A DNA stretch of 61,984 bases, filler included, from Nemertoderma westbladi (Eukaryota > Animalia > Xenacoelomorpha), in the NCBI GenBank assembly GCA_032718475.1. It is 3 parts of 3 records of this genome, joined end to end, with 100 filler letters (N's around TTAATTAATTAA, not from the genome) between each part and the next. Parts side by side here need not be neighbours in the genome. Positions count along the whole stretch, not along the records: positions 1 to 16,309 come from JAUCBJ010006193.1; 2 more parts are not named here. The stretch is one strand, 5' to 3'. A program made the translations under genes and the position numbers. Shown here one piece after another: positions 1-13,117 of this stretch. Numbering within the stretch: position 1 is the stretch's first letter; every line of letters begins with the position of its first letter. The notes beneath the pieces were generated by a model. That model was not told the DNA's origin. It made no database searches and saw only the letters and a program-made list of their open reading frames with translations.

Positions 1-2588
1 GTAAGAGAATATGACATTGAAGGAATGTTAGAAATAAAGTCTTTACATAACCGGATAGATGATGCCAAATTTGTTGCAAAAAAACGGCGTGTTTTAAGTT
101 TATCAACCGAAGATACAACATTAAGGGAACCTTTACATGCTAGTGAACACAACCGGCAACTTAAAGCATTCGTAATATAGTTCCAACTAATATCATATGT
201 TGGCCTTTTGTGTACAGAGAAAAATGAGAACCATTTCATTTCGAGTAAACAATTAGTGACAGTCATATACATGGCGCCTTCCAGTTTATTACCAGTGTCA
301 TCCTTATGGTACAACTCCAAACAGTTATTTACCACAGCTGCAATCTCATCACTACTTTCGCCAGCGTGCAACAACAATGAGTAATGAGACCAGATATATA
401 AATCGTTACGAAATGAAGGGATCTTCAATAAACGTTTAGCGTTAACTTTACTTTGTTTCAGTTTATCCTTCTTATTTATATCTCCACTGCTATCAACCAA
501 AGTATACTCAAACATTAGTAGAAATATCCCCATCTGTCTATTGTAGCGTTGTGGTAAAATATCGATTAAACTAAATAAATATCTTCTAACCGTATCAAAC
601 ACTTCAGAATTGAAATAATTTAAATTATCCGAGTTTAAACTAAAGAAATCCTTTGAAACATCAAATTGTACTTTATTTAATATTTGATTCATTGTAGCAG
701 TGTAAAGGAATTCACTGCTGAAAATGTCGGAGGAGATCAATTTATTGCAGTAATTTAATATATTCTGATTTATTCCATTAAGTAAAAATCGGAGGTAATA
801 CACTGCCAGTAAATATTTGTAGTCGTCGTGTGGGAACTCAAATAAATATGGCTTTATATCATCGAACATAACCATCCGATCAGGATCGTCACAGGCAGCA
901 GACTGATCCGGCGATCTCAATGGAAACTGGTCGCGTAGTCTACGGAACTGCTCACAGTCCAAAAACCCGGTTACCTTGCTGTAGGCATCATCCTCAGGCA
1001 GAACCTCATCAATAACTCCATCACAATTATTTAAAGAACTACCAACAACCTCCAAGTCCAGGGAATTCCAAGCAACATAAGACTTCTCGCTGATTCTAGG
1101 GTGATCTCGTTCCCATAATGATCGTAAAGCCTGCAACCTCGATATTAGATTAGACGATTTTAGTGAGTTGGGACGACACAGGTTGAGTTCTATTGAGCAT
1201 TGGAACAATGCTTTAGCTTTCTCCCCATAACCGGCGCTATCCAGGAAAATACAATATTCGTGGAATATATCGAGAATATTGAACCAAGTCCTGGGTAAAC
1301 ACGAGTGAGAGAGAATTGTACTTTGTGCTACACCTACCAGTCTCTGTATACATTTCTTGTGTAACAGAGAAATACTAGAAACTGTACAATGACTCATTTG
1401 TGATTGACAGTAATGGATATACGCCTTCCATAATGAGTAGCTATTAGTGTGAGCAAAGAGTAGATTCTCGAATTCAGAAACAGTCTTAGTATACCCCCAA
1501 CAATCAGAAGACAAACCTACTCGAATTAAATGAAGATCAACAGAAGATGGATTAAACTTAACAGCGCGTTCTATTATAGAGACCTTTTTCTCTCTCACTG
1601 CGCTTATGATGTCATGAGAATGTACTGAGTTTCCTAGAATACCCAACTGCCTGCGATGTTCCAAAAAGGTTAATTTATCTTGATGATCGAGAAATTCTAC
1701 CCAAAGACTAACATTGTAGGGAGTTTCTCTGAGCCTTCGGTTGTACTGTTCAGTTAGTTTACACTCTGGGTCGATGTAAGCCCCATCATTGGCCTCGCCT
1801 TTACGTTGCAGATCAGGAACATAGACACTAGGAGAGTCCAGAGACTGCAGGTATTGGAGATTCGATTGTAGAGAAATATAACCACATGATAAGGATTTAC
1901 TGGTGTCCGATGGTCCACGGGATTGATTAAACCAAACAGACGGAAGTCCTTTCATTATGCGCAAACTCGATTTCTCCCAATACCGATATGTTTTAGTTAC
2001 AGGGTATTTTTTACTATCCGAGACACCTGACCAATCTCGACATGTTATCGATAAATTATCAACGTAATCAGCGGTTGTTGCGCCGATTCCAACGACAACT
2101 TGTCTATCATAGGAAGGGACTTCGGAGTAATGCATAGCTGGGAAACAAGTGTTGTTTTTATTCCCTTTGACATCGTAAATGAATTTATCTTTAGTGGAAT
2201 TACATGACTCATTGACTATAACTTTAGTCGGCGGCTGCACACTACAATTAGAAATGGAATCTAAATACTCATTTAATCGCCGCTTAAGTTTTTTCTTTGA
2301 GTGCTTCTTACTCTTCTTCTTCTTCGAGGAATGATCCAGTTCAGATGAAAATTCGGAAAATTCACTAAATCCATCCCACTGCCCCGCTCGATAAAGCGAT
2401 CCCCTGTCGTCAGCCGGAGGTGGGGATGGGGAACTGTCACAGAGTAAAGGTTCGGTTGTTTTTTTGTCAGGAAAGGAACTGGCAGAAGGAACCGAAGAGG
2501 AAGAATAGCTAGGGTTGTGTAACCATTCCTGTGCCTGATCATCTGTTCCAGTGGTAGGTTTAATTTCAGCTATTGGTATAGGAAACAT
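1..2588 (-). CDS. NRDE2: Nuclear exosome/RNAi regulator NRDE2 (5' part; continues beyond window start)
   Basis: Manual minus-strand translation from ATG 2588: MFPIPIAEIK...QEWLHNPSY (NRDE2 N-terminal WLxNPSF motif), Lys-rich KKKKSKKHSKKKLK, YNRRLRETPYNVSLWVEFLDHQD, EKKVSIIERAVKFNPSS, FLDSAGYGEKAKALFQCSIELNL. The same frame is open at positions 3-59 and no intron was seen. It is absent from the ORF track, consistent with its stop lying outside the window. Confidence 0.9.
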   Translation of the reverse strand, partial: MFPIPIAEIKPTTGTDDQAQEWLHNPSYSSSSVPSASSFPDKKTTEPLLCDSSPSPPPADDRGSLYRAGQWDGFSEFSEFSSELDHSSKKKKSKKHSKKKLKRRLNEYLDSISNCSVQPPTKVIVNESCNSTKDKFIYDVKGNKNNTCFPAMHYSEVPSYDRQVVVGIGATTADYVDNLSITCRDWSGVSDSKKYPVTKTYRYWEKSSLRIMKGLPSVWFNQSRGPSDTSKSLSCGYISLQSNLQYLQSLDSPSVYVPDLQRKGEANDGAYIDPECKLTEQYNRRLRETPYNVSLWVEFLDHQDKLTFLEHRRQLGILGNSVHSHDIISAVREKKVSIIERAVKFNPSSVDLHLIRVGLSSDCWGYTKTVSEFENLLFAHTNSYSLWKAYIHYCQSQMSHCTVSSISLLHKKCIQRLVGVAQSTILSHSCLPRTWFNILDIFHEYCIFLDSAGYGEKAKALFQCSIELNLCRPNSLKSSNLISRLQALRSLWERDHPRISEKSYVAWNSLDLEVVGSSLNNCDGVIDEVLPEDDAYSKVTGFLDCEQFRRLRDQFPLRSPDQSAACDDPDRMVMFDDIKPYLFEFPHDDYKYLLAVYYLRFLLNGINQNILNYCNKLISSDIFSSEFLYTATMNQILNKVQFDVSKDFFSLNSDNLNYFNSEVFDTVRRYLFSLIDILPQRYNRQMGIFLLMFEYTLVDSSGDINKKDKLKQSKVNAKRLLKIPSFRNDLYIWSHYSLLLHAGESSDEIAAVVNNCLELYHKDDTGNKLEGAMYMTVTNCLLEMKWFSFFSVHKRPTYDISWNYITNALSCRLCSLACKGSLNVVSSVDKLKTRRFFATNLASSIRLCKDFISNIPSMSYSL

Positions 2589-3280
2589 AACGGTAGCAGT
2601 AGGCCTAGTTGATACATGACAATGCTACACTTACACCCCTACACCTACGATGTGAAATGTGATACATGGTAGGTATCGGATCAGGACAAGGGACTGGTAC
2701 CGGTACAAAGACCCAATTGCCTAAAAAACAGAGAGTTCATTAAGCGAGATCCCTGTTCATTTCACAGAGACACTGACTGGAGTGACAAATTTGAGGATAA
2801 CAGGTGCCACAGGCTCGCATATGGCCAGAGTTTTAGTCAGTTTCAGTCGTGTTAGTCCCTTATTGGATTCCGGTCCGTCTAAACAACCAAATCACACAAA
2901 ATTCTGATTTTTAATTATTTTTTCAAATCGTTAATTGTTTTGGTTCGTTCTGGCTACGACTGCATCCTCCTTCTTTACTATTATATTTTGTCTGTGATTT
3001 GGTGTGATTTGTCAGTCTGTCAGTTTGTTGTGAAGTTGTTATGATCAAGTGTGATTTGAATTGGTGAAATTTTTTTGTGATTTGGTTTGTGATTTGTTCT
3101 GATTTGGTGTGATTTTTTGCAACTGGTTGTGATTCGGGTTTTTAGACTTAAACACACAATAAATCCATAATAATAAATTAATTGTTGTGGGGTGAGTGAC
3201 GGTGAATTGAGTATATAATGTAAAAGGGCTTTTAATGCAATATAATAAATGCTCTCAATAGCGAAAAATATCAACCGACC

Positions 3281-3375
3281 CCATTCTGCCATTGGGGCTC
3301 GAACCCGGTACCTAGGTTTCAAACTTCCGGTTATCTATCAGCCGGGTGTGTGTATACTGAGCTACCAGGATGGGT
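3281..3375 (-). mobile_element. Degenerate tRNA-derived SINE head
   Basis: Minus strand has an A-box-like GGTAGCTCAGT and a B-box GGTTCGAGCCCC; no intact cloverleaf. Confidence 0.45.
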
Positions 3376-6300
3376 GAAGAATTCGCTATGGATAAATCCA
3401 TAATGGCTTACATTACAGGGCTCTCTCTATATGGGACATTATAATCTTTACACCATATATCCTGGAATATGGTGAGCCTGAGCACCCCTCACCTACCAAA
3501 CAACGAGTTAAGTTATCTATTTGTTTGTTAAATTAAATTGGACACAATTTATGGTTGTTTAATGCATGAAGGGTTAGCAGTGGTATGTTTCCACATATTG
3601 AGTAAAGCGCGTTTCTACCCCCAAATCAAGCCAATAAATTAACTGACAACCGGAAACTATGTAAACAAGACATAAATAAACCATTCTTTCTTATGTGAAC
3701 AAAGCGACCAGTCCTTATACTGTACTTCTGCAACAAACAAATACAATGCCTGTTTGTTCAAAAACGGTTTGTTTGTGTTAATAAGTAAGACTATTATTGT
3801 ATAGTGTCTGCGTCTATTGTCAAGTACTACAGTGTATGAAAAAAAAATCTTTCTTCAACCAACTGATGAAATAGGTCCGATTTAAGAAATATTTCTGTCA
3901 GCGAAAAGGTACCTTCCAAGGTGAAAATATCGCTTTATTGAGACAAAACCCACTTTAAGAAATTATTACACTTTCAAAATAAATTGTTCAATAATTTGAT
4001 TTCCAGTCCAATCAGAATGATTTATGCTAGCCCATTTAGAGAACTGAGATGTTGGCCAATCACACGCATTATCTATCTCGAAAATAACAAGTTTATCATA
4101 AGGTTAAGGTACTTTTTCGCTTTCTCTGCCACATTTAAAAACATATTTTATTTCATAGCTACATAATTTAACTCAACACTCGGTTCTCTATTAGACCAGT
4201 TCATAAAAAGCTTTCAACAGAAATGACTACAACAACCACATATTCGTCACTTCATGTGTTGCGCGCGCAATAATGTGATATAATGTTTAGAGTTCAAAAA
4301 TAGTTAACAAGGAAATAGGTCGATGGTTCTTATCGATTCTCCATTGCCATTATTGCCTTTTCTTCACGAGAGGGAAAGGATATATTCAATACCTAACCCA
4401 TTCTTCGCTAACCCGTTGACAAGGGGGAGGGGGAGTCTTCCATGATTGGTTGCACTTGTTGTGTTTACGAAACAATTGAATTATATACAACAGTATTATC
4501 ATCAGATTTCGTTTAACCACTTCACCGGTATACTGGTAGCTTATAGTACGGTAGAATATTTAAATTATCCAATGGAAACAAAGAGCCTTGGTAATATACG
4601 TGAATTTTTAGTCTAGTTTTTATTCATCCTGTGTTTGTATGTGAAAGAGTCGAGCCTAATATTATTTATTACCAGTGATGCACTGTATGTAGAAAGATGA
4701 TCTACCGATTACGTTATTATATTTGTCTGATAATCAGATACCTAACATACAGTATACCGATACTTTTCTAACAACTCAAAGCCCTACCGTACCTGAAAAG
4801 AAAAATCTTTTTGTCTTCAGGACAGTTAAGCGTAACACCTACCGTGAAATTATACGCGTAGTTTAAAACCTACGCGTAGTTCCAAAATACCTACGCGTAG
4901 TTTTAAAACACCCAGGCGCGTAGTTGTTAAAAAGACAGTGTCTGTCCCTACCGGTAAATGACAGGAATGAAAGTTACAAACTACGGTAGCTACGCGTAGG
5001 TCAAATAGAGTTACCCTTAGATAGATAGATAGATAGATTTATTTATGCATTATGTAAAAACAATAACAAATACACCATACAATGTACCGGTATAAAGGTA
5101 TTGTCCAACATAACATATAGGATTACCCCTAAAGCTTTGCAGCTTATTTCCAATGGGGGTCCTTTATGTTACTTGGTTACAAATGCAATATTACACTACG
5201 CTAACCAAAAACAATATAAACGTAATTACACTATGTACATGTACAACTTTACCAAGAGCGTGACAATGTCCGACTCAACGATAAAGATGTAATGTACAAA
5301 ACAATTTAATATAAAACGTAATTACAGTATAAATAGTAAATAATTAATAAACTAATAACTTTACTGTAGGACTATTGTACCTATTTTTACATTGCACACA
5401 GGAGGTGAGATTTAACTGCAGATTTAAAATAATTTTGATTATCTAGGGTTTTAATTTCATTAGGCAGAGCGTTCCAATTTTTAATGCCGTTAAAAAAGAA
5501 AGTATCCTTATTTTACTTTGTTATATATTTTTTGGCCGGTGTGTGTTATTAGTGTTATCATTACGTCACCACTGCAAATTGACATATTACGTTTTACTGC
5601 TTTATGTCTAGGTACGACTACCGGTTTGCTTTTCTTAAAGCCTGAAACACAAGATTATACTTTGAAGAAGGTAGGCCTTCCGCTGTACCGGTACCGTACT
5701 TCTTCATTTCACACTGTCGCAGTCACTACTGCACTAACTCATAACTGACTAAACCAGTAAGTAGCTAGGCAGCTATGCCTAACACCTTTTTAACCAAACC
5801 AGTCCAGTAGTCAGTACAGCCAGACAGCAGTAGGCCTACTACACAACTGTAGTCATGGTCTGATGGCTGGATGGCGGATGGTAGTTGGTAGTAGGTCTAA
5901 ACTCGCCATTTCAGCATTACCGGCAGACAGGTAGGCCTAGTACCGGTACTTTAATGCAGTTAAAACCTGAAAACTGTACAGTGCAGCTGTGCCTAGCTAC
6001 TGGTCTGCTGGAACCTGTCTGCCTGTACGGTATGCCATGATGTATGTTGTCTGGTTGTCATCCAGTAATCTGGTACCGGTACCGGTAATCAGGTAGGCCT
6101 ACCGGCTGACCGGTAATCAGGTAATACTGTAATAGCTGAATAGCCTGATAGCTGCCTGTGCTGTGACTAGGGAGGGATTGACCGAATTATTCGGTTCGGC
6201 TGTTCGGTACCGAATTTTGCCGAATATGGCATTCGGTTCCGGCCGAATTTTAAAATTTGAATTGCCGAATATTCGGCACAAATTGCAAATTACTACGGTC

Positions 6301-7140
6301 TGACGGTAGAAGCAACATCCTGACATTAGAACATGGCTGTAATGTAAGAAATTAAATATAATGACATGTTTAGTACGTACTTTTAAGCAGAGGTTGTTTA
6401 TTTCCATCAAAAACATCCCCTTCCTCAGTTCCTCTTCTTAGAAATACATTACAGCAATACCGGTACCTGTATACCCGAATACCGGTATTCATTCACCCTT
6501 TATGGCAATTCCAGTCAGCCATTGCACACACACACACTGCAGCACTGACACACACCTGCACACACTTCGAAATGGAAGACATTAGGCCTACATAAAAATA
6601 GTCTTAATGCTGTCAGGCTGTAATGAGTAATGTAATGAATTAACCAATGTCAAATGTCATGCTCTCTACTTCTGTCAGTCTGTACTTGATCCTTGATCAT
6701 TCTGTCATTGCGATGATCATTGATTAAGGTAAAACCTTAATTCATAAATAGAGTGATCCGCATTTAATCTTAATGAGACCAACAGACCAAAATATGACCG
6801 CAATCCCTGAATCCACAATCGTCGGTAGGTCTAACTATTTATGTTAAATACCGGTCAGCCGGTAGTACAGAAATAGTAATCAGATAAGCCTATTTCTGTA
6901 TTTTCAGCTGATAGATAATACTGTAATAGGCCTATCAGTAGAGACAGCGGTATATATTAATACTGTAATATAATATATAGAATAACATATATAATCATTA
7001 TAGCCTACCGATGCGGTACTAATACGAACCTTACTGAAACTAAAGACTGGACAAAGAAACTTATAATTTAACAAGAAGAACTTCAAAACTTATTCGGTTA
7101 CCTGGTTACGATACTTAATATAGACTTGATATAAATAGCA

Positions 7141-7767
7141 ATGGGCTCAAGGAAGAAGGTGCTACTAAAGGTGATTATTCTTGGAGACAGTGGGGTTGGA
7201 AAGACCTCGCTGATGAACCAGTATGTAAACAAGAAGTTTAGCAATCAGTACAAAGCAACAATCGGGGCTGACTTCCTCACCAAGGAGGTGATGGTGGACG
7301 ATCGACTGGTTACGATGCAGATTTGGGATACCGCTGGCCAGGAGCGCTTCCAATCCCTGGGAGTTGCCTTCTATCGAGGGGCCGATTGTTGTGTTCTTGT
7401 GTTCGACGTTACAGCGCCTAACACCTTCAAAAGTCTCGATAGTTGGAGAGACGAATTCCTCATTCAGGCATCGCCGCGAGATCCAGAAAATTTTCCCTTC
7501 GTCGTTCTCGGCAATAAAGTTGACCTGGAGAATCGCGCTGTTTCAACTAAACGTGCGCAGGGTTGGTGCCACAGTAAGAACGAAATTCCCTACTTCGAAA
7601 CATCCGCCAAAGAGGCTATCAATGTCGAGCAAGCCTTTCAGAAAATCGCCCAAAATGCGTTGGCACAGGAGACTGAGGCGGATCTATATAACGAATTCCC
7701 GGACCAAATCAAACTCAGCAACGATCCCAATCGCGGGAATAATCAAGCAGGCGGTTGCGGATGTTAA
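7141..7767 (+). CDS. RAB7: Rab7 small GTPase, intronless CDS
   Basis: 208-aa [26 protein letters not shown]...YKATIGADF...WDTAGQERF...GNKVD...ETSAK ending in the CxC prenylation motif (GGCGC). Near-identical to metazoan Rab7; AATAAA signals downstream. Confidence 0.98.
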   Translation: MGSRKKVLLKVIILGDSGVGKTSLMNQYVNKKFSNQYKATIGADFLTKEVMVDDRLVTMQIWDTAGQERFQSLGVAFYRGADCCVLVFDVTAPNTFKSLDSWRDEFLIQASPRDPENFPFVVLGNKVDLENRAVSTKRAQGWCHSKNEIPYFETSAKEAINVEQAFQKIAQNALAQETEADLYNEFPDQIKLSNDPNRGNNQAGGCGC

Positions 7768-9139
7768 ATTTATACCAATAAGTGGCTGAGTGAGCTGCAC
7801 TCAATGAGTATTTAATATATATAACACGAAAGTTTGGAATTTTACCTATATTGTATTTTTTTGTGTTATATATACTGTAATAATTGAAAATAAACCGACG
7901 ATATACCTTATGTGTAAAATCAATTAATCGCCAGACTCTAGCAACTGAAACAGCGTTGTCGTGGTGTTGATAGAAAACAGACAGCATTCCTAATGTGTGA
8001 AATTCATAACCACTTCAGCACTTATTATACTTTATGTATTTCTAAACGCTCGAAGATAATTCATAATATGACTTTTAATATAATATTAATTACCGGTATA
8101 TTTACTTCTAGCATTTAGTGATAAATAATACATAAAGTATAATAAGCACCAGACCAGTTTACTAATTGTAGTATTTGCTTAGGTGTACAGTACAACGCCT
8201 GTATAGTTCTCTCTCTCCCATTAACCCTCACGCGTTACCTAAAGTCGGTAATCAATTTTCATAAGGATCAACTGCCAATATAAATATAAACGGAAGAGAA
8301 AACATGTGAACGATCACAGCCTTTAGAAAACAAACTGACCGAATGATTTAAGCATTTCATTATAAAATAATAATAACTACTGCGCTGATTGTGCTACAAA
8401 ATTTAAAAAGTGCTAAATTTCTAATCCACTCTCGGCTGATGTACAAACTTATACGCTAGTCGTGGGAATCGAATATTATTAGCTGTGTAGTGATTATTGT
8501 ACCTTTATTTTATTCCATATATATTATTCTATTTTGCAATTTTCCAATTAAAATAATAATATTTATTAATAATTTTCCAAACTGGTTATTAGTTTGTTAT
8601 TCGTGGTAATGGTTTGCAGATTAATATCCTTCAGTCAACTTACTTTTAGATATAAATAGTAAAAATACACACATTTTCAGTTCGTAATTATAGTGCGTAC
8701 CGCAGAACCGTTTATTTAATTATTTGAAACAAGCTTTGTAATATGAAATAATAATAATTGTATGTAATATTAAATATTGTCAGTGCAACTAATATGTAAT
8801 CTAAATATGTCGAGCTATTATTAGAAGCGAAATCTTTATATTTAAGTCTAAACTTACAATTATTATGGAACTAAACTTATTGATGATTGCTTCATATTTA
8901 CCATACGGTACAATAAACGTGTAGATGCATTATCATGTTTATATTTATTAAAATATTTCTCAACCTTAAAGTAACATTAAATTGATTTCGTGATAATTTA
9001 TATAATTATAGAACTTTGTATCTTCTCTGTGGGACTACCCAATCAGTGGTTATGGCTGACATCGTTATCACAATACATTGCTGATAAGTAAGGTTTCTAA
9101 TAATAAATTTTTTGAAATTATTGTGGGACATGGTCTGGT

Positions 9140-10070
9140 CCTGTCGAAAATATAGTTTTAGATTAGGTTTGCAGTACCAAAAATGTATTCTTGTAAAGTA
9201 GGCATTGCCGATAAATAAACTTTTTCTTCAAATAAGATAAGCCTATATGGATGCAAAAATTGTATCATTTTAGATTATTGTATTGGCCAAGGGGGCTGAA
9301 CATTGCCCCTTAAACGCGCGCGTTATTACGAGGACTTTCATATAACCTGCATTTTGGTGATGACAAACTTATTATACTCCCATTGCACTGATTGATGCTG
9401 ATTCGAGCAGCAATCATCGACTTGGGATGGTGTAGATAGACACCTTCAAAGGGTCGTCGAGTTAGTAGTTCTTTAAATTTCACCAAACGGGAGAAGACGG
9501 CCATTTTAACTGAATGGTGTGGAGTGGACTGATTGACAATGTATGTTTAGTGCCGGTATGTATTTAAACAATATCTCCAAACTTACTTGTATTTTGATTG
9601 TGTCTACCTACACTACACTCACTAAATCGATAATTATGATTGGAAAAAGCCTGTTCTTGACCCGGTAGTGTTAATCGAATACCTACGGGATTTATCTTAT
9701 CGCACAGATGTCGGCTTCAGCCGTCCTAAACATTTTATGGCATATCTTTAGAAGTAACTCTATACGTTTGTTTTGAAGATGATTGCGGTTCGAATGAGCC
9801 TAATATCTGTGCAACAGGAGCATAACAAGTTTTGAAGTCCATGTGATACCGCGCGTAAGGTGTTCTGCCCCCTTGAGGCACATGTTCTTTTCTTCCAAAA
9901 TGAAAACAAAAAATAATGGATGAGTTTTGGCATAGTGTCGCATCGTTTTTAACCATGGCCAAACTTATTTGAATAAAAAGCAATTTTTCGGCCCAGCCAT
10001 TTTACAAATAGGAACATTTTAAAAATACAGCATTGTAGGGCGAACCACGAAGTTAGAGAAGTCTTAGCGA
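9140..10070. mobile_element. Old, diverged foldback/MITE-like element
   Basis: GGGGGCTGAACA...CGCGCGTTATTACGAGGACTT (~9291-9338) is an imperfect reverse complement of AAGTCCATGTGATACCGCGCGTAAGGTGTTCTGCCCCC (~9835-9872). Boundaries are approximate. Confidence 0.4.
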
Positions 10071-11899
10071 CTGACATTGTTAGGGACGAAATGTCCACCA
10101 TCCCGGACTTTTCGTCCCGTAAGTAAGTAAATAGTTACTAGCTATTTTGACTATCAAATAAAAATTACTAGCTACCATGACTCATAAATTATTCAAAACA
10201 AATATCTTAAGTGAAGATTAAATTAAATTTATCATTTTCTACTAACTAATAAAATGTACTAGCTAACACAAAATCAAAATTACTAGCTACCATCTTACTG
10301 TCAGATGGTCAAATATTTGTTCTAGAACAAAAAACTTCATAAATAAAAGCCATTTTCACAAGAAAAAACTTGGTCCATTTTTTTCAATTGTTTCCTTTAT
10401 AATATGCTAAATGCTAATAACTTTGTCGGATTAAAGCTATCGAATTGAAATTGTAGCCATCATTAAGACCAAAAGTTGATATTTTTTAGTACTTTCAGAC
10501 ACCATCAGTTCAACTGTCTCCTTCTCGAGGGCTACAAGCTACATGTAAAAATGTCCTTACATTTCTTTGTCGAGTATTATTTAATTTATTATTAAAATTT
10601 ATATTCGCCGATTTTATTATTGTGGACAGGACAGGACTAGCTTTCATTTAATAACAAAACCGTACAAAAAATTGGTTGAAAAATGGCGTAGGGATAGCAA
10701 GATAAATGTCTTTAAATTTTTTGAACCTACTTGCGCAAAAACTGTCTGTTAATAATACCGTATACGTAACTGTCAACATAGCAACAACACCATGCGAAGA
10801 TTTACCTGGGGGCTTCTCCTAGTCGCTGATCGCATTTCTGAGGTCTGTTTTAACTTAAAATTAAATCTAGTTTGTCCGTCTGTCGGTCTATCCGACGTCC
10901 GTCAAGATATAAGAAAATGGCTATCTAAAAGTTTAGCAACTGAAGGACAAACCGAAAATCAAAAAGTAGAAGAGATCTTGCTATACAGTTTTAAATTTGG
11001 AATCTTGGTTAAAATCTTCTTAAGATAAAATGGAAAAATTAAAATGTTCAATTTGAAAACCAGTACAATTACGAATTTTTTCACAGTACAATTACGAACT
11101 CCATTACTAGAAACGCTGCACCCCCCCCCCCCCCCCCTCCCCACAACCATCATAAAAGCGCAACATTCATAGGATGGATGGTATGTGAGGTTTTTATGGT
11201 TGAGACAAGGCGACTTAATTTTTTTTTACAAAACTATGTGCGCAGTGCCCCGCACACCTACGACGAATACGCGAATCCCCCCCCCCCCCCCCCCCCCCCT
11301 CGATAAGCCACTACAAAGCAGAACTCCAGCAACTAATATCTATTACAAGCCGGATTCATTGCGCTCGTCACGTACATATCGTCATAAAAGTGTCGCTTCA
11401 ATTAACATTCCACCTCCGGTACTGAACAAAATATGGTATATTGTGTACTCCATAATATTCGAAACTAAGTGGTCTATAGGAATATAATCAACCCAGTACC
11501 CGTCTCCATTATAAGCCTCGTTGCGCTCGTCTTGTTTTTTCATATAATATTTTTCCTAAACGCAGACTGACGACCTTTATAACCATGCAAAGTATCTCAT
11601 AATGTGCACGAGAATCTGCTGAATTATGTCAGATGGATACTACATTACATAGATAGAGACAAAAACTTTTGAGAAAATAATCACCAATGTTAGTTACTGT
11701 ATTAATTAAACTTTCTGTAATAAAAAAAAAACAAGCAAGGCAGATAAGCGAACTACGCGCAGACTAGCCAGCAGGTTACAATGGCACGTTATTCTAACCA
11801 ACACATAAAAGTAAAGTCAATAGGATAAATTCACAAAAAGATTTGAACAAAATTGAACCTTAAAGCCGGTTTGGAGCAGTACAAGATTCATTCAAAATA

Positions 11900-12926
11900 G
11901 GGTTGGTGCGCGAAAAAATTGTTGGTCTAGAAACAATTGAATAAGGGATAAAAATGTGTCCTGAATCGAATTGCGGTGGGGTGTGTTTTTTTGTAAAAAC
12001 ACGAAGAAATGGCGGGTATAAGTACCGGTAAGCGCGGGAGGCCAATTTTGAAAATCGGCTGAGATTGGCTGTTACATATTTGGTGTCATTACGCAGTGAT
12101 CTGATAATTGGTTATCTTGGTTTCTATGGAGAGAGATTTTCGATCGATTCAAATGCACATTTAATCTCAATCATTTCACACATGGCTTATATCAATTGAA
12201 AGCGGAGAGTCTTGCGCGTCTTTTGGCACTACAATTAATTAAATTCATGATGAGGAACATTGATAAATAAAATTATTCAGCTGTATTTCCAGCAGCAATA
12301 ACAGTAGATTAGATTTAAAATAACACTAAACTTGTAATACCGGTCAGCCGGTACTATAATACAATAATAATAAATAATTATTGCTTGCCAATTACTGCCA
12401 ATTATTGGCAGTAGGCTATACTTGACTTGAATATTAAAAATGAGTAATACTGCAATACTCAGATACTGCAATAGGCTGATAGGACTGAGTCAAGCGCTGA
12501 CCTGTAGGCAAGGAAGTGCTGCCTACCCGTCAGGAAATCTGTCGTGTTTGCAATTGTGAACAGCATTTTAACAATCTTCATCGTCGTGAATTTAATTAAT
12601 TTGAGTGTCAAAAGACGCACCAAGACTCTCCGCTTTCAATTTATATATGATTGAGATTTAATGTGTATTTAAATGGTTCTAAAATCACCCTCCGCCTCCA
12701 TAGAAACCAAATATAAGAAATTATCAGATCACTGCGTAATGACGTCAAATATGTAACAGCCAATCACAGCCGATTTTCAAAATTGGCCTCCCGCGCTTAC
12801 TTAAACCCACCACTTCGACCGTTTCCTCGTGTTTTACAAAAAACACACCCCGCCACTCAATTCAGGGCACCTTCTTCCCCCTTATTCATTTGTTTCTAGC
12901 CCAACAATTTTTTCGCGCACCAACCC
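11900..12926. mobile_element. Non-autonomous DNA transposon (foldback MITE) with ~360-bp inverted arms
   Basis: 11900-~12265 (GGGTTGGTGCGCGAAAAAATTG...) is the reverse complement of ~12570-12926 (...CAATTTTTTCGCGCACCAACCC); no clear TSD. Confidence 0.85.
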
Positions 12927-13117
12927 GCTTCCGTAATGGCTAAACGCGTTTTGTAGAGCACTTGACAGTCGAATGTAAGCTGATCGATAACCTAGCCTCA
13001 AACATATTACAATGGGCAACAAATAGCATTACAATAATAAGGATAAGTTAATATTGGAATTGTAGGAAATCTGGAGTTTGATAAACTTATATTGTGTGCC
13101 AATTAAGTTAGACTTAC

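Noticed and set aside
2273-2542. 89-aa ORF in the track
   Set aside because: Alternative frame overlapping the true NRDE2 frame.
9310-9504. Candidate downstream FBXL exon
   Set aside because: No LRR pattern in any minus-strand frame; it lies between the arms of an old foldback element.
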